Source: a virus. From it: a stretch of 40,266 nt of DNA. The notes beneath the pieces are model-generated. The model saw only the letters and a program-made list of their open reading frames with translations. It was not told the origin of the DNA and searched no databases. The DNA is taken from positions 1 through 40,266 of IMG/VR virus record IMGVR_UViG_3300045988_083036, one strand, 5' to 3'. Positions 32,963 through 40,266 of the stretch are shown piece after piece. Each line of letters begins with the position of its first letter. Position 1 is the first letter of the stretch. The translations under genes were made by a program, and so were the position numbers.

Positions 32963-33592
32963 TCAGATCGCATTCTTCTTTGCATCCGAAGCGGCCATAA
33001 TTTTTCTTACAAGCTCGGCATCATCTGGAGATAGACTGCTCAAATCTATCTCTCCGGCGGTGCTGGGCTTTTCTTTTTGCTCAGGTGCAGCCGGGGCGAG
33101 TACGGGGGAAGGATCATCGGTTTCGCCGTTCAGGTATGCAGCGGTCGTGTGCAGCTCTTTCGCCCAGACCTCAAGGATTTCAGGCTTCACGTTCTTCGTC
33201 CGGCGCAGGTTGCTTCCTGCCTTATCCGGCATGCCGACCATCTTATATAGGTGAGCCTGTGTTTTGCCTGACTTTTGGCAAAGGGCATAGAATCTATCAA
33301 ACTGGAATGAGCCATAGTCAACATCGAGCGGTGACGTTGTCAGGCCATCGTCTATATCATCCACGAGACCATTTATGTACTCAACAGATGTGCCAAGGAT
33401 TTCTGCGATAGCAGGTAGATATTTCGATGGAACATTAGCATTTCTGCCAGAAATCTCTGAAAGATAGCCATTGCTCTTTCCAATCTGCTGACTGATAAAG
33501 TTTAGCTTTAGGCCCCTCATCTTTGCGATTTCTCGAATTTTCACGATATTCCCTGCATTTTGGATGGGGTTTCCACCTGTTGTCTGGCCCAT
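32963..33592 (-). CDS. CI-like repressor with two XRE-type HTH domains
   Basis: HTH motifs IREIAKMRGLKLNFISQQIGKSNGYLSEI and FYALCQKSGKTQAHLYKMVGM. A GGAGG RBS lies 8 nt before ATG 33592. The gene is divergent from the early promoter. Confidence 0.75.
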   Translation of the reverse strand: MGQTTGGNPIQNAGNIVKIREIAKMRGLKLNFISQQIGKSNGYLSEISGRNANVPSKYLPAIAEILGTSVEYINGLVDDIDDGLTTSPLDVDYGSFQFDRFYALCQKSGKTQAHLYKMVGMPDKAGSNLRRTKNVKPEILEVWAKELHTTAAYLNGETDDPSPVLAPAAPEQKEKPSTAGEIDLSSLSPDDAELVRKIMAASDAKKNAI

Positions 33593-33651
33593 GAAGTACA
33601 CCTCCGAAATACAAAAAGCAGAAAAGGAAAGAAAAAAGTTTAGAAACAGTA

Positions 33652-33680
33652 TTTACAATTCTGTGATAAAGTAGTATAAT
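33652..33680 (+). promoter_or_regulatory. Early promoter copy A
   Basis: TTTACA-17 nt-TATAAT, inside a block of about 55 bp that is repeated at 36230-36285. Confidence 0.7.
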
Positions 33681-33759
33681 AAAAACAGAAAAACAGTTGT
33701 TTCCTACAAAGATATTACCACCAAAGAAGTAATAAATCAATAACAAAGAGGTAAAAAAC

Positions 33760-34005
33760 ATGAAAGACTTCAACTTGAAAATCTCCGAGATCAAGAAGGC
33801 AGAGCGGTTCGCAGCAAAGGAATCTGGAAAGACCTGCTTCCTTGCAGCTATGAGCTATTCCGGCGCTGATGTGTTCGGTTGGCAGGATGTGCTCTGCGAG
33901 ATGGACAGTGCCGAGAGCGGCGAGTATGTCAGCACTGTTCACCTTTGCGTTTACATGAACGACCGCCGCCGGTCTTATGTGGCCCGCGTAATGCCCACTG
34001 TTTGA
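33760..34005 (+). CDS. Hypothetical early protein (81 aa)
   Basis: First ORF after promoter A, with a GAGG RBS. Confidence 0.6.
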   Translation: MKDFNLKISEIKKAERFAAKESGKTCFLAAMSYSGADVFGWQDVLCEMDSAESGEYVSTVHLCVYMNDRRRSYVARVMPTV

Positions 34006-34025
34006 TGATGAAAGGAGAGCTGAAC

Positions 34026-34277
34026 ATGAACGCACTTTCTATCAACATCCCCGCAAACTTCGCTGCAGATTGCAATAACACCCTCAAGCGGTACAACGCC
34101 GCCCAGACCGACGCCGAGCGCCGTGCGGTGCTTGACCGCCAGACGGTGCAGGGCCTGTGTTGGGCGCTCAAGTTCGTCTGCCAGCTTCAGACCGCTTACA
34201 TGAGTGAGAAGGAGCTGAAGCACGCGATCCGCCTCACCCACTTCCGCGGCACTGTATGCCCGGAGTTTAAGGCTTGA
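34026..34277 (+). CDS. Hypothetical early protein (83 aa)
   Basis: AAAGGAGA RBS. ATG 34026 lies inside ORF 33879..34277. Confidence 0.6.
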   Translation: MNALSINIPANFAADCNNTLKRYNAAQTDAERRAVLDRQTVQGLCWALKFVCQLQTAYMSEKELKHAIRLTHFRGTVCPEFKA

Positions 34278-34293
34278 AAGGGAAATCTATTGA

Positions 34294-34361
34294 CCCGCCT
34301 GATGATGGCTGCCCGGCAGCAGCCGAAACCATCCCGGTAACGTCACCGGGATGGTCGCGGG
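34294..34361 (+). ncRNA. Hammerhead ribozyme motif, type I topology (HH-1); predicted cleavage after C34356
   Basis: The fold reads CCCGC | CUGAUGA U | GGCUGC-ccggca-GCAGCC | GAAA | CCAUCCCGG-uaacguca-CCGGGAUGG | UC / GCGGG. Confidence 0.75.
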
Positions 34362-34398
34362 AACCACCGCAAACAATCAATAATCGGAGGTATGAAAA

Positions 34399-35325
34399 AT
34401 GTCTGCAAATGTTGAAACGATGTTCTATGTCCGGGAGAAGCCTTGGCACGGTCTGGGAACCATGGTGCAGGAAGCACCCACCAGCGCAGAGGCGCTGAAG
34501 CTGGCCGGTCTGGACTGGACTGTCGAGGCCCGCGATATGTGGCTGAACGGCGGCTATGAGCCGATTCCCGGCTACAAGGCAAACGTCCGTAGCTCGGACA
34601 ACAAGGTTCTGGGCGTGGTCAGCAACAAGTACCGCATCGTCCAGAACGCGGAGGCTTTCGCGTTCACAGATGCGCTGATCGGCGGCGATGTCCACTATGA
34701 GACCGCTGGAAGCCTACTGGACGGTAAGAAGATTTGGCTGCTGGCAAAGCTGCCAGATTCCGAAATCTGCGGGGACAAGACCGAAACCTATATGTGCTTC
34801 TCCAACACGCATGACGGATCCGGCGCCGTCCGCGTCTGCATGACCCCGGTTCGCGTGGTCTGCAACAACACGCTGAACCTTGCGCTAGATACCGCGCAGC
34901 GAGCATGGAGCGTCCGTCATGTAGGCGATATCAACACTAAGCTGGTAGAGGCCCGGCAGTGCTTAGACATGGCCAATAAGTACATGGATGAACTTGCAAC
35001 CCGCGCCGACCAGATGGCAAACACCACGGTCAACGATGCACGGCTGCGGGAGGTTCTGGACAGCCTGTTCCCGGAAGCGGACGATATGACCGACCGCCAG
35101 AAGCGCCATGTGCAGGACATGAAGGACGGTTACATGGTCTGCATGATGGCTCCTGACCTCGTGAAATTCCGCAATACCGCATGGGGCGCGGTGAACGCAA
35201 TGAGTGATTTTGTCACCCACAGCGCCCCTCACCGGAACACGAAGAATTATCAGGAAAACAACTGGAACAACGTAATGAACGGACACTTCCTGATGGATGC
35301 CATGGCAAAGGCCGTCACCCGGTAA
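34399..35325 (+). CDS. DUF932 / phage-plasmid-like protein (TIGR03299-type)
   Basis: N-terminus MFYVREKPWHGLG...; 308 aa. Confidence 0.7.
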   Translation: MSANVETMFYVREKPWHGLGTMVQEAPTSAEALKLAGLDWTVEARDMWLNGGYEPIPGYKANVRSSDNKVLGVVSNKYRIVQNAEAFAFTDALIGGDVHYETAGSLLDGKKIWLLAKLPDSEICGDKTETYMCFSNTHDGSGAVRVCMTPVRVVCNNTLNLALDTAQRAWSVRHVGDINTKLVEARQCLDMANKYMDELATRADQMANTTVNDARLREVLDSLFPEADDMTDRQKRHVQDMKDGYMVCMMAPDLVKFRNTAWGAVNAMSDFVTHSAPHRNTKNYQENNWNNVMNGHFLMDAMAKAVTR

Positions 35326-35379
35326 ATATTTGATGGCTGTGCTATCTGGCCTAACGGGCGCTTTTGGAGGAACTGAAAG

Positions 35380-35922
35380 ATGTCTGATTCTATCGGAAAG
35401 AAAATTCGTGCAGCACGAAAAGACGCTCACATCACGCAGATTCAGCTTGCCCAAAGAATGGGTGTGACCAAGCAGACGGTGAGCCTGTACGAGAATGGCG
35501 GGGTCAATCCGACGGCCAAGATGCTGGCCAAGTTCGCAGCTGGGCTGAAAGTCCCTGTTGGCTTTTTAGCCGGTGACGAAGAGGGGCAGCTTGCTGGACG
35601 GTGGGTCAGCGTCAAAGTGCGCCTGCCAGAGCTGGACGAGGACGAACCATTTGCCCGCTGCATTGTGAATGTCATTCGGTGGTGTGAGGGCTGGACAGGC
35701 CCTTGGAACCAGCCGGAACCCGACTTGAATGAAGAAGAGTTCACTGCTGCCGCTGCCTATAACCCGGAGCAGAAAACTTTCACAGTGTATGATGGCTTTG
35801 GCGGCTCGATGGTGATAAACGCTCTACTCGACCCGAACGATTTTAGCGGTTCATCCGGTATGCGAATCACCCACTGGATGGAACTTCCCGCAACCTTTGG
35901 ATTCTGGGAGGCACCTCGATGA
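35380..35922 (+). CDS. XRE-type HTH fused to DUF551
   Basis: HTH motif IRAARKDAHITQIQLAQRMGVTKQTVSLYENG, followed by RWVSVKVRLPE...THWMELP. Confidence 0.7.
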   Translation: MSDSIGKKIRAARKDAHITQIQLAQRMGVTKQTVSLYENGGVNPTAKMLAKFAAGLKVPVGFLAGDEEGQLAGRWVSVKVRLPELDEDEPFARCIVNVIRWCEGWTGPWNQPEPDLNEEEFTAAAAYNPEQKTFTVYDGFGGSMVINALLDPNDFSGSSGMRITHWMELPATFGFWEAPR

Positions 35923-36152
35923 AACAATACTGCCGGTACTGCTGCAACGCCTGTCTGAACGATGACGAGCTGGCCTATTGCAGCTACAAAGACGAGATGC
36001 TAGACGGCCCTGCCCTGCGGCGGCTGAATCACTGCAAGGGCTTCCAGTTCTGCGAGATTGATGTCTTGACCCAAACCCGTATCTACAAACCCAGATCCGC
36101 AAAGCCTCCCTCTGAGGACCCAGAGGATTTCGGGCAGCAAACCCTGTTTTGA
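35919..36152 (+). CDS. Cys-rich hypothetical protein (77 aa)
   Basis: It begins MKQYCRYCCNACLNDDELAYCSYK...NHCKGFQFCE. Confidence 0.55.
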   Translation: MKQYCRYCCNACLNDDELAYCSYKDEMLDGPALRRLNHCKGFQFCEIDVLTQTRIYKPRSAKPPSEDPEDFGQQTLF

Positions 36153-36160
36153 TGGGCGAA

Positions 36161-36183
36161 ACCGGCGCTTCCGGTATTTTTTT
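36161..36183 (+). terminator. Short GC hairpin with a T7 tract
   Basis: ACCGG-cgctt-CCGGT followed by ATTTTTTT. Confidence 0.5.
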
Positions 36184-36236
36184 GGCTTTCCTTTAGAAAA
36201 ATCGAGAAACAATACAGATAAAATACAGAAAAGGTA

Positions 36237-36265
36237 TTTACAAATCTGTAATAAAGTAGTATCAT
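36237..36265 (+). promoter_or_regulatory. Early promoter copy B
   Basis: TTTACA-17 nt-TATCAT. The flanks repeat promoter A (atttacaa.tctgt.ataaagtagtat.ataaaa.cagaaaaacagt). Confidence 0.65.
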
Positions 36266-36308
36266 AAAAGCAGAAAAACAGTGTCCCACAAAACAGGAGG
36301 AACAGAAA

Positions 36309-36533
36309 ATGAAATTCTATTATGACGGCGTTCTAATCTGCTGTGCAAAGGTCAAAGAGTACAAATACGCAGTTGTCTATCCGGACAGCAAGAAAGTATG
36401 GGCGATGCATTCCCGGCATTGTTCCTTGGAGGCTGCCCAAGAGTTGCTCAAACGGGTAAAGCGCGGAATGTCCTTTTACGACCCAGAAAAGGCCGCATCG
36501 CTGCGTGTTGTCCCGCTTGAAAAACGTGCTTAA
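36309..36533 (+). CDS. Hypothetical protein (74 aa)
   Basis: First ORF after promoter B, with an AGGAGGA RBS. Confidence 0.6.
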   Translation: MKFYYDGVLICCAKVKEYKYAVVYPDSKKVWAMHSRHCSLEAAQELLKRVKRGMSFYDPEKAASLRVVPLEKRA

Positions 36534-36534
36534 C

Positions 36535-36601
36535 CCCATCTGATGATGGCCCTGTGGCAAGGGCCGAAACCACCCGGCAGCCAGCCGGGCAAGGTCGTGG
36601 G
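36535..36601 (+). ncRNA. Hammerhead ribozyme motif, type I topology (HH-2); predicted cleavage after C36596
   Basis: The fold reads CCCAU | CUGAUGA U | GGCCC-uguggcaa-GGGCC | GAAA | CC-a-CCCGGC-agcca-GCCGGG-caa-GG | UC / GUGGG. Confidence 0.7.
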
Positions 36602-36630
36602 AGCCACCCACAGAAAGGAGAACCGATATC

Positions 36631-36858
36631 GTGTCGAAGTATTACACCACCAAAGAAACTGCCAAAGCGCTTGGCGTATGTCAGGCAAGGGTCCTTCAGC
36701 TCAGGAAGCAGGGCCTGCTGGACGCTTATTCTCACGGAGAGAAGGGCAGCAAGAGCAAGTTCTACTTCCTCGCTGATGACGTTGAGCACTACAAGCAGAG
36801 CCGAGACAACCCGGAGCAGCCGCCGTTACGCAAGGTCAGCACCAAGGAGACCGCCTGA
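36631..36858 (+). CDS. Excisionase/MerR-like HTH protein (GTG start)
   Basis: Motif YTTKETAKALGVCQARVLQLRKQGLL. AAAGGAG RBS. Confidence 0.6.
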   Translation: MSKYYTTKETAKALGVCQARVLQLRKQGLLDAYSHGEKGSKSKFYFLADDVEHYKQSRDNPEQPPLRKVSTKETA

Positions 36859-36948
36859 TGAACGGGCGTAATAAGTACTGGCGGGAAGCCCGCTGGGACA
36901 AGAACCAGCCTGCACGGCTGGCACACATCAAAGAAAAGAGGTCGAAGC

Positions 36949-37206
36949 ATGATGAAGGTCATACAGGGCAGCTTCCGGCAGATTCCGTACTGGAAACTTC
37001 GGGGCCGGTTCCACAGCTGCGGCTACCGCGATCAGGAAGTCGCTAAGTATATCGGCATTGGCCGGGACACCATGAGCGGCAGGATGCAGGGGCACAATCC
37101 GTGGACAAGCGCAGAGATCACAGCAATGTGTGAACTGCTGGACATCCGACAGGATGAGATCGGGGAACTGTTTTTCCCCTCACTTGAGAAAGGAGAATCC
37201 GCATGA
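36949..37206 (+). CDS. Small phage regulatory/HTH-like protein (85 aa)
   Basis: AAGAGG RBS. Motif EVAKYIGIGRDTMSGRMQG. Confidence 0.55.
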   Translation: MMKVIQGSFRQIPYWKLRGRFHSCGYRDQEVAKYIGIGRDTMSGRMQGHNPWTSAEITAMCELLDIRQDEIGELFFPSLEKGESA

Positions 37207-37490
37207 AGCTCAAATCTACTACTTACTACTGGTTGGCTGCCATTTTTGGTGGCGTTGGAATGGGCACAGCTATGGGCGCAGAGGGCACCGCTCAGACCAC
37301 CGGATACATCTCCGGCGCACTGTTTGCTGTGTCGCTGGTGCTGATTCTGGCTGCTGTTCTTCTGGCTCGTCTGGGCTTTGCCGCAGAGGACAGGGAGAAA
37401 GCCACAAATCGGTGCAAGTACGGCAAGATCAACCGCACCCACGCCCGCCCCCAAGAGCCGGAGTACCGGCAGAACCGGAGGGACGCATGA
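37203..37490 (+). CDS. Small membrane protein (2 TM segments)
   Basis: Hydrophobic segments YYWLAAIFGGVGMG and ALFAVSLVLILAAVLLA. Confidence 0.55.
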   Translation: MKLKSTTYYWLAAIFGGVGMGTAMGAEGTAQTTGYISGALFAVSLVLILAAVLLARLGFAAEDREKATNRCKYGKINRTHARPQEPEYRQNRRDA

Positions 37491-37591
37491 AAAAAGCCCG
37501 CCGGTGCGCCAACACCGACAGGCTGCAAGGGTTGATGGAATTTGAAAGCCCCATCACCCCGATGATATCACAAAATCGGAGGTTTTTACAG

Positions 37592-38518
37592 ATGGAGAAT
37601 GAATTGACCGTCCGGGTGGAACGCCCGGCAATTCCGGCCATGAGCTGGAACAAGGACGAGGTTGAACGGAATCTTGACGAGATGCTGGCGGCCTACAAAG
37701 GCCGGGTCTACACCCCGGAGAGCATCAAGAGCGCCAAGGAGGACCGGGCAAAGGTCAACGGCTGGGATAAGCAGCTTGGAGCTGCTGCCACGGCAGCGAA
37801 GAAGCTCTACATGAAGCCGCTGGAAGATTTCCAGCAGAGCATCAAGGAGATGCAGGGCAAATGCAAGGAGATTTCCGGAGCGATTGACGCACAGGTCAAG
37901 GCTGTGGAGGCCGCCGAGAAGGAAGAAAAGGCTTCTACCCTACGCCTGATCTACCGGGACAACATCGGTGAGCTGGAAGCTCTCATTCCGTTTGAACGCC
38001 TGTTGGACAACCGCTGGCTGAACAAGACGTTCGCCATTGCGGAAGCAAAAAAGACGCTGTGCCAGTCCATCGAGAACATCCGCAGCGATTTGGAATTTGT
38101 CCGAGAGAACTGTGGGGAGGACATGGAACCCTGCACCACCGAATACCTGCGCAACCTGAGCGTAAACGAGGCCGTCCGCGAGCATACCCGCCGCGAGAAG
38201 TCCCGCGCAGCACAGAGGGACGCAGAGGCCGCCAGAGAAGCGGCAGAGCGGGCGCGAATGTCGGCCCCGGTAATTGTTCCCCCGACTGCAGAAGGACGCG
38301 AGATGCGGGCGCAAGCCGCCGCAGCAACGCAAGCTGCCGCATTCATCACGCCGGATGGCCGGTTGGATGTCGAGGCGATGCAGACGATGGCTGCCGCGCA
38401 GCCCAGCGCACCGGCCCGCAAGAAGTATTATTTCTGGGTCGAGTTCACCAAAGAAGACATTGCATGGTTCCGCAGCGCTGCCAAGGAACGCGGGTTCGAT
38501 TTCGGCAGCATCAAATAA
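37592..38518 (+). CDS. DUF1351 protein (recombination module partner of RecT); alternative start 37487
   Basis: CGGAGG RBS before ATG 37592. The N-terminus MENELTVRVERPAIPAMSWNKDEVERNLDEMLAAYKG is typical of the family. It lies directly upstream of recT. Confidence 0.7.
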   Translation: MENELTVRVERPAIPAMSWNKDEVERNLDEMLAAYKGRVYTPESIKSAKEDRAKVNGWDKQLGAAATAAKKLYMKPLEDFQQSIKEMQGKCKEISGAIDAQVKAVEAAEKEEKASTLRLIYRDNIGELEALIPFERLLDNRWLNKTFAIAEAKKTLCQSIENIRSDLEFVRENCGEDMEPCTTEYLRNLSVNEAVREHTRREKSRAAQRDAEAAREAAERARMSAPVIVPPTAEGREMRAQAAAATQAAAFITPDGRLDVEAMQTMAAAQPSAPARKKYYFWVEFTKEDIAWFRSAAKERGFDFGSIK

Positions 38519-38545
38519 TCTTCAACATTCTAGGAGGTAACAAAA

Positions 38546-39370
38546 ATGGGTTTCACTTCACGCGCTGGCGCTGCTGCGCCGAATACCACTACCACAGTTC
38601 AGAGCCGCTCCTTCGCTGCTCAGGTCAAGCAGAGCGAAGCAATGCAGCCGGTCGCAGAATCTAAGCCGGTCGAAATCGAGAGCATGGACGGCCAGCATCT
38701 GACCGTCACCTTTGACGATGTGCGCGACTTCATCTGCAAGGAAGCTACCATTGCAGAGTGCCGTATCTTCTTGGAAACGTGCAAGCAGTACCATCTCAAC
38801 CCTTTCACCAAGGAAGCCTACCTCATCCACTATGACAACAAGAACGGTGATACGGCCAGTACCATTGTTCTGGGCAAGACCTGCTACATGAAGATGGCAG
38901 AGGCGCACCCTCAGTATGATGGCTTTGAGGCTGGCGTGATTGTCTTTGTTCCTGAAGTTGGTGAGCTCATCCACCGCGAAGGATCCATCGTCTACGAGGA
39001 CGAGAAGCTGGTCGGCGGCTGGGCTAAAGCCTACCGTAAGGACCGCAGCCGCCCCTTCTACGAGGAAGTGAAACTGAGCGAGTACGACACCAAGAAATCC
39101 CTGTGGGTAACGAAGCCTGCAACGATGATTCGTAAGGTAGCCCTTGTCCACGCGCTGCGCGAATCCTTCCCGGCCACGTTTGGCAGCCTCTACGATGAGA
39201 GCGAGGTTCCGGTAGCTGCAGAAGCATCCTACCGCGAGGTCGAGAACGAGCAGCCCGAAATCGGCGCTATGCAGCCCCGCAAGCTGAAGCCGAAAAAAGA
39301 GCAGCCCGAACCGTTTGCAGTCGAAACCACCGACACTAACGATGATCCGTTTGGCGGTGATGCCGAATGA
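38546..39370 (+). CDS. recT: RecT-family single-strand annealing recombinase
   Basis: Motifs KEAYLIHYDNKNG and KPATMIRKVALVHALRESFP. Confidence 0.85.
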   Translation: MGFTSRAGAAAPNTTTTVQSRSFAAQVKQSEAMQPVAESKPVEIESMDGQHLTVTFDDVRDFICKEATIAECRIFLETCKQYHLNPFTKEAYLIHYDNKNGDTASTIVLGKTCYMKMAEAHPQYDGFEAGVIVFVPEVGELIHREGSIVYEDEKLVGGWAKAYRKDRSRPFYEEVKLSEYDTKKSLWVTKPATMIRKVALVHALRESFPATFGSLYDESEVPVAAEASYREVENEQPEIGAMQPRKLKPKKEQPEPFAVETTDTNDDPFGGDAE

Positions 39371-39909
39371 TTATTCAGACAAAGACCGGGACGAAGATCA
39401 CCGGAACCCTCTCTCGCGACCCTAGTCTAAAGGAAACGAAGACCGGAAAGCCGTTCCTCAGCTTGAGCGTCAAGGCTCATAGTACAAAAGATGCCTCCGG
39501 CAACCGGAGCAATATGTTTGTCGAGTGCTGTATTTGGAGCGATCTCGACAAGTGGGACGGCCTCCTTCAGAAGGGCGATTTTGTCGAGATTTGCGGCGGC
39601 GAGCTGAAAAGCAATACCGGCGCGAACGGTACAACCTACTGGAACCTGCATAACGTCGAGGGCGTTGTCGTTGGCGGGCTTGTTGCTGCCCGATGGGTTC
39701 AGATGGCAATCGACATGATGCAGCCGACCGGACAGGCAGGAACCAATGACTTTGCACCGGTGGAGGACGAAACACCCTTTGACCCCGGCGCACAACCGGC
39801 ACAAACGGCTTTTCCGGCTGAACCGGTAAAACAACCCACCCCGGAGGCAGCGCCCGATTACAACGGCGATGACCGCCCGATTTCGGACACTGACGACTTG
39901 CCGTTCTGA
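39367..39909 (+). CDS. ssb: Single-stranded DNA-binding protein
   Basis: The N-terminus resembles an OB fold. The tail is acidic and ends DTDDLPF. Confidence 0.8.
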   Translation: MIIQTKTGTKITGTLSRDPSLKETKTGKPFLSLSVKAHSTKDASGNRSNMFVECCIWSDLDKWDGLLQKGDFVEICGGELKSNTGANGTTYWNLHNVEGVVVGGLVAARWVQMAIDMMQPTGQAGTNDFAPVEDETPFDPGAQPAQTAFPAEPVKQPTPEAAPDYNGDDRPISDTDDLPF

Positions 39910-39938
39910 TTCACCGTTGAGAGAAAGGAGGTGAGCAG

Positions 39939-40266
39939 ATGGCGGATGGAACCGCAAGCGACCGTCCGAAAGGGTTGCTGATACTTTTTACATCGCTAAA
40001 GCTGCTGAACATCTTGAATGACACCGAGTTCAGGCGGGTTGTCAATGCGATGGCTGCTTATGTCGAAAGTGGGACGGAACCAGATGGGCTGAAACCTATT
40101 GAACAGCTTGCATTTGAATCTCAGCGCGAGGCGCTTGACGGTAATATTCAAGCATACCAAAAAACAGCGACCGCAAACCGCGAAAATGGCAAGAAAGGCG
40201 GCAGGACGAGGAAAGCCATAAAAACCGATGGGTTTTCTGAGAAACCCACGGAAACCGATGGGTTTT
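39939..40266 (+). CDS. Replisome organizer, N-terminal part (continues in frame into bases 56-744 through the overlap)
   Basis: GGAGGTG RBS. The motif QKTATANRENGKKGGRTRK is typical of phage replisome-organizer N-terminal domains. No stop codon occurs before the window end. Confidence 0.8.
   Translation, partial: MADGTASDRPKGLLILFTSLKLLNILNDTEFRRVVNAMAAYVESGTEPDGLKPIEQLAFESQREALDGNIQAYQKTATANRENGKKGGRTRKAIKTDGFSEKPTETDGF
40212..40266. repeat. Terminal overlap copy 2, identical to 1-55
   Basis: Same 55-nt string as bases 1-55. This indicates circular closure or terminal redundancy. Confidence 0.95.

Larger units (their letters stand above)
1..40266. mobile_element. Complete temperate tailed-phage genome (siphovirus-like), circularly permuted in this window
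   Basis: All phage modules are present: replication, packaging, head, long tail with tape measure, lysis, integrase/attP and CI-like repressor. The window ends overlap by 55 bp. Confidence 0.9.

Noticed and set aside
34274-34498. A 74-aa ORF overlapping HH-1; similarly ORFs 36543..36776 and 36554..36871 overlapping HH-2.
   Set aside because: They have no RBS, run into the next genes out of frame, and their sequence is fully explained by the ribozyme helices.
36858-37046. A 62-aa ORF starting at the Xis-like stop codon.
   Set aside because: It overlaps the next, better-supported gene (RBS plus ATG 36949) by about 100 nt in another frame. Its first 30 or so codons could be real, but I cannot support the call.
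37487-37591. An upstream ATG (ATGA-coupled) that would add 35 residues to the DUF1351 protein.
   Set aside because: The added residues (MKKARRCANTDRLQG...) look non-native. A good RBS precedes ATG 37592, which gives the family-typical N-terminus. It is kept as an alternative start.
1-40266. A diversity-generating retroelement, a retron or a CRISPR-Cas system.
   Set aside because: No reverse transcriptase, cas or template/variable repeat pair is visible in any frame.

Overview
The window is a complete, circularly closed genome of a temperate, siphovirus-type phage or prophage. Bases 1-55 are identical to 40212-40266, giving a unit length of about 40,211 bp. By eye it is GC-rich (roughly 55-60%) and uses the standard genetic code, which suggests a Clostridia-like Firmicute host.

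Almost all genes are on the + strand, in this order:
- DnaD-like replisome organizer, which wraps across the window ends and carries in-frame 51-bp iterons, followed by a G39P-like loader.
- Small early genes: a Lar-like Zn ribbon, three DUF551 proteins, a minimal C5-MTase-like protein, RecU and an ArpU/RinA-like late activator.
- An 880-nt gene-free tRNA island.
- ParB-methyltransferase, TerS, TerL, portal, and the head and tail modules (tape measure, Dit, Tal).
- An AT-rich swapped receptor-binding module.
- GH25 endolysin and holin.
- A 700-nt region dense in promoters, terminators and RNA structure.
- A 5-gene cassette of unknown function.
- attP (a tRNA 3' fragment plus arm repeats), then on the minus strand the integrase, an XRE regulator, a secreted moron and a CI-like repressor.
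- Two early operons ending in DUF1351, RecT and SSB.

The most notable observations are:
1. Two covarying type-I hammerhead ribozyme motifs sit in equivalent intergenic positions. Each lies downstream of a duplicated early promoter and one or two small leader ORFs.
2. Of six tRNA-shaped genes, only Trp(CCA) and Met(CAT) are canonical. The other four have 8-nt, 6-nt or 4-6-nt anticodon loops, or an A33 plus a 68-nt insertion.
3. Tandem covarying stem-loops and stacked terminators precede the unknown 5-gene cassette.

All RNA folds and coordinates were derived by hand from the sequence. No searches or folding programs were run.
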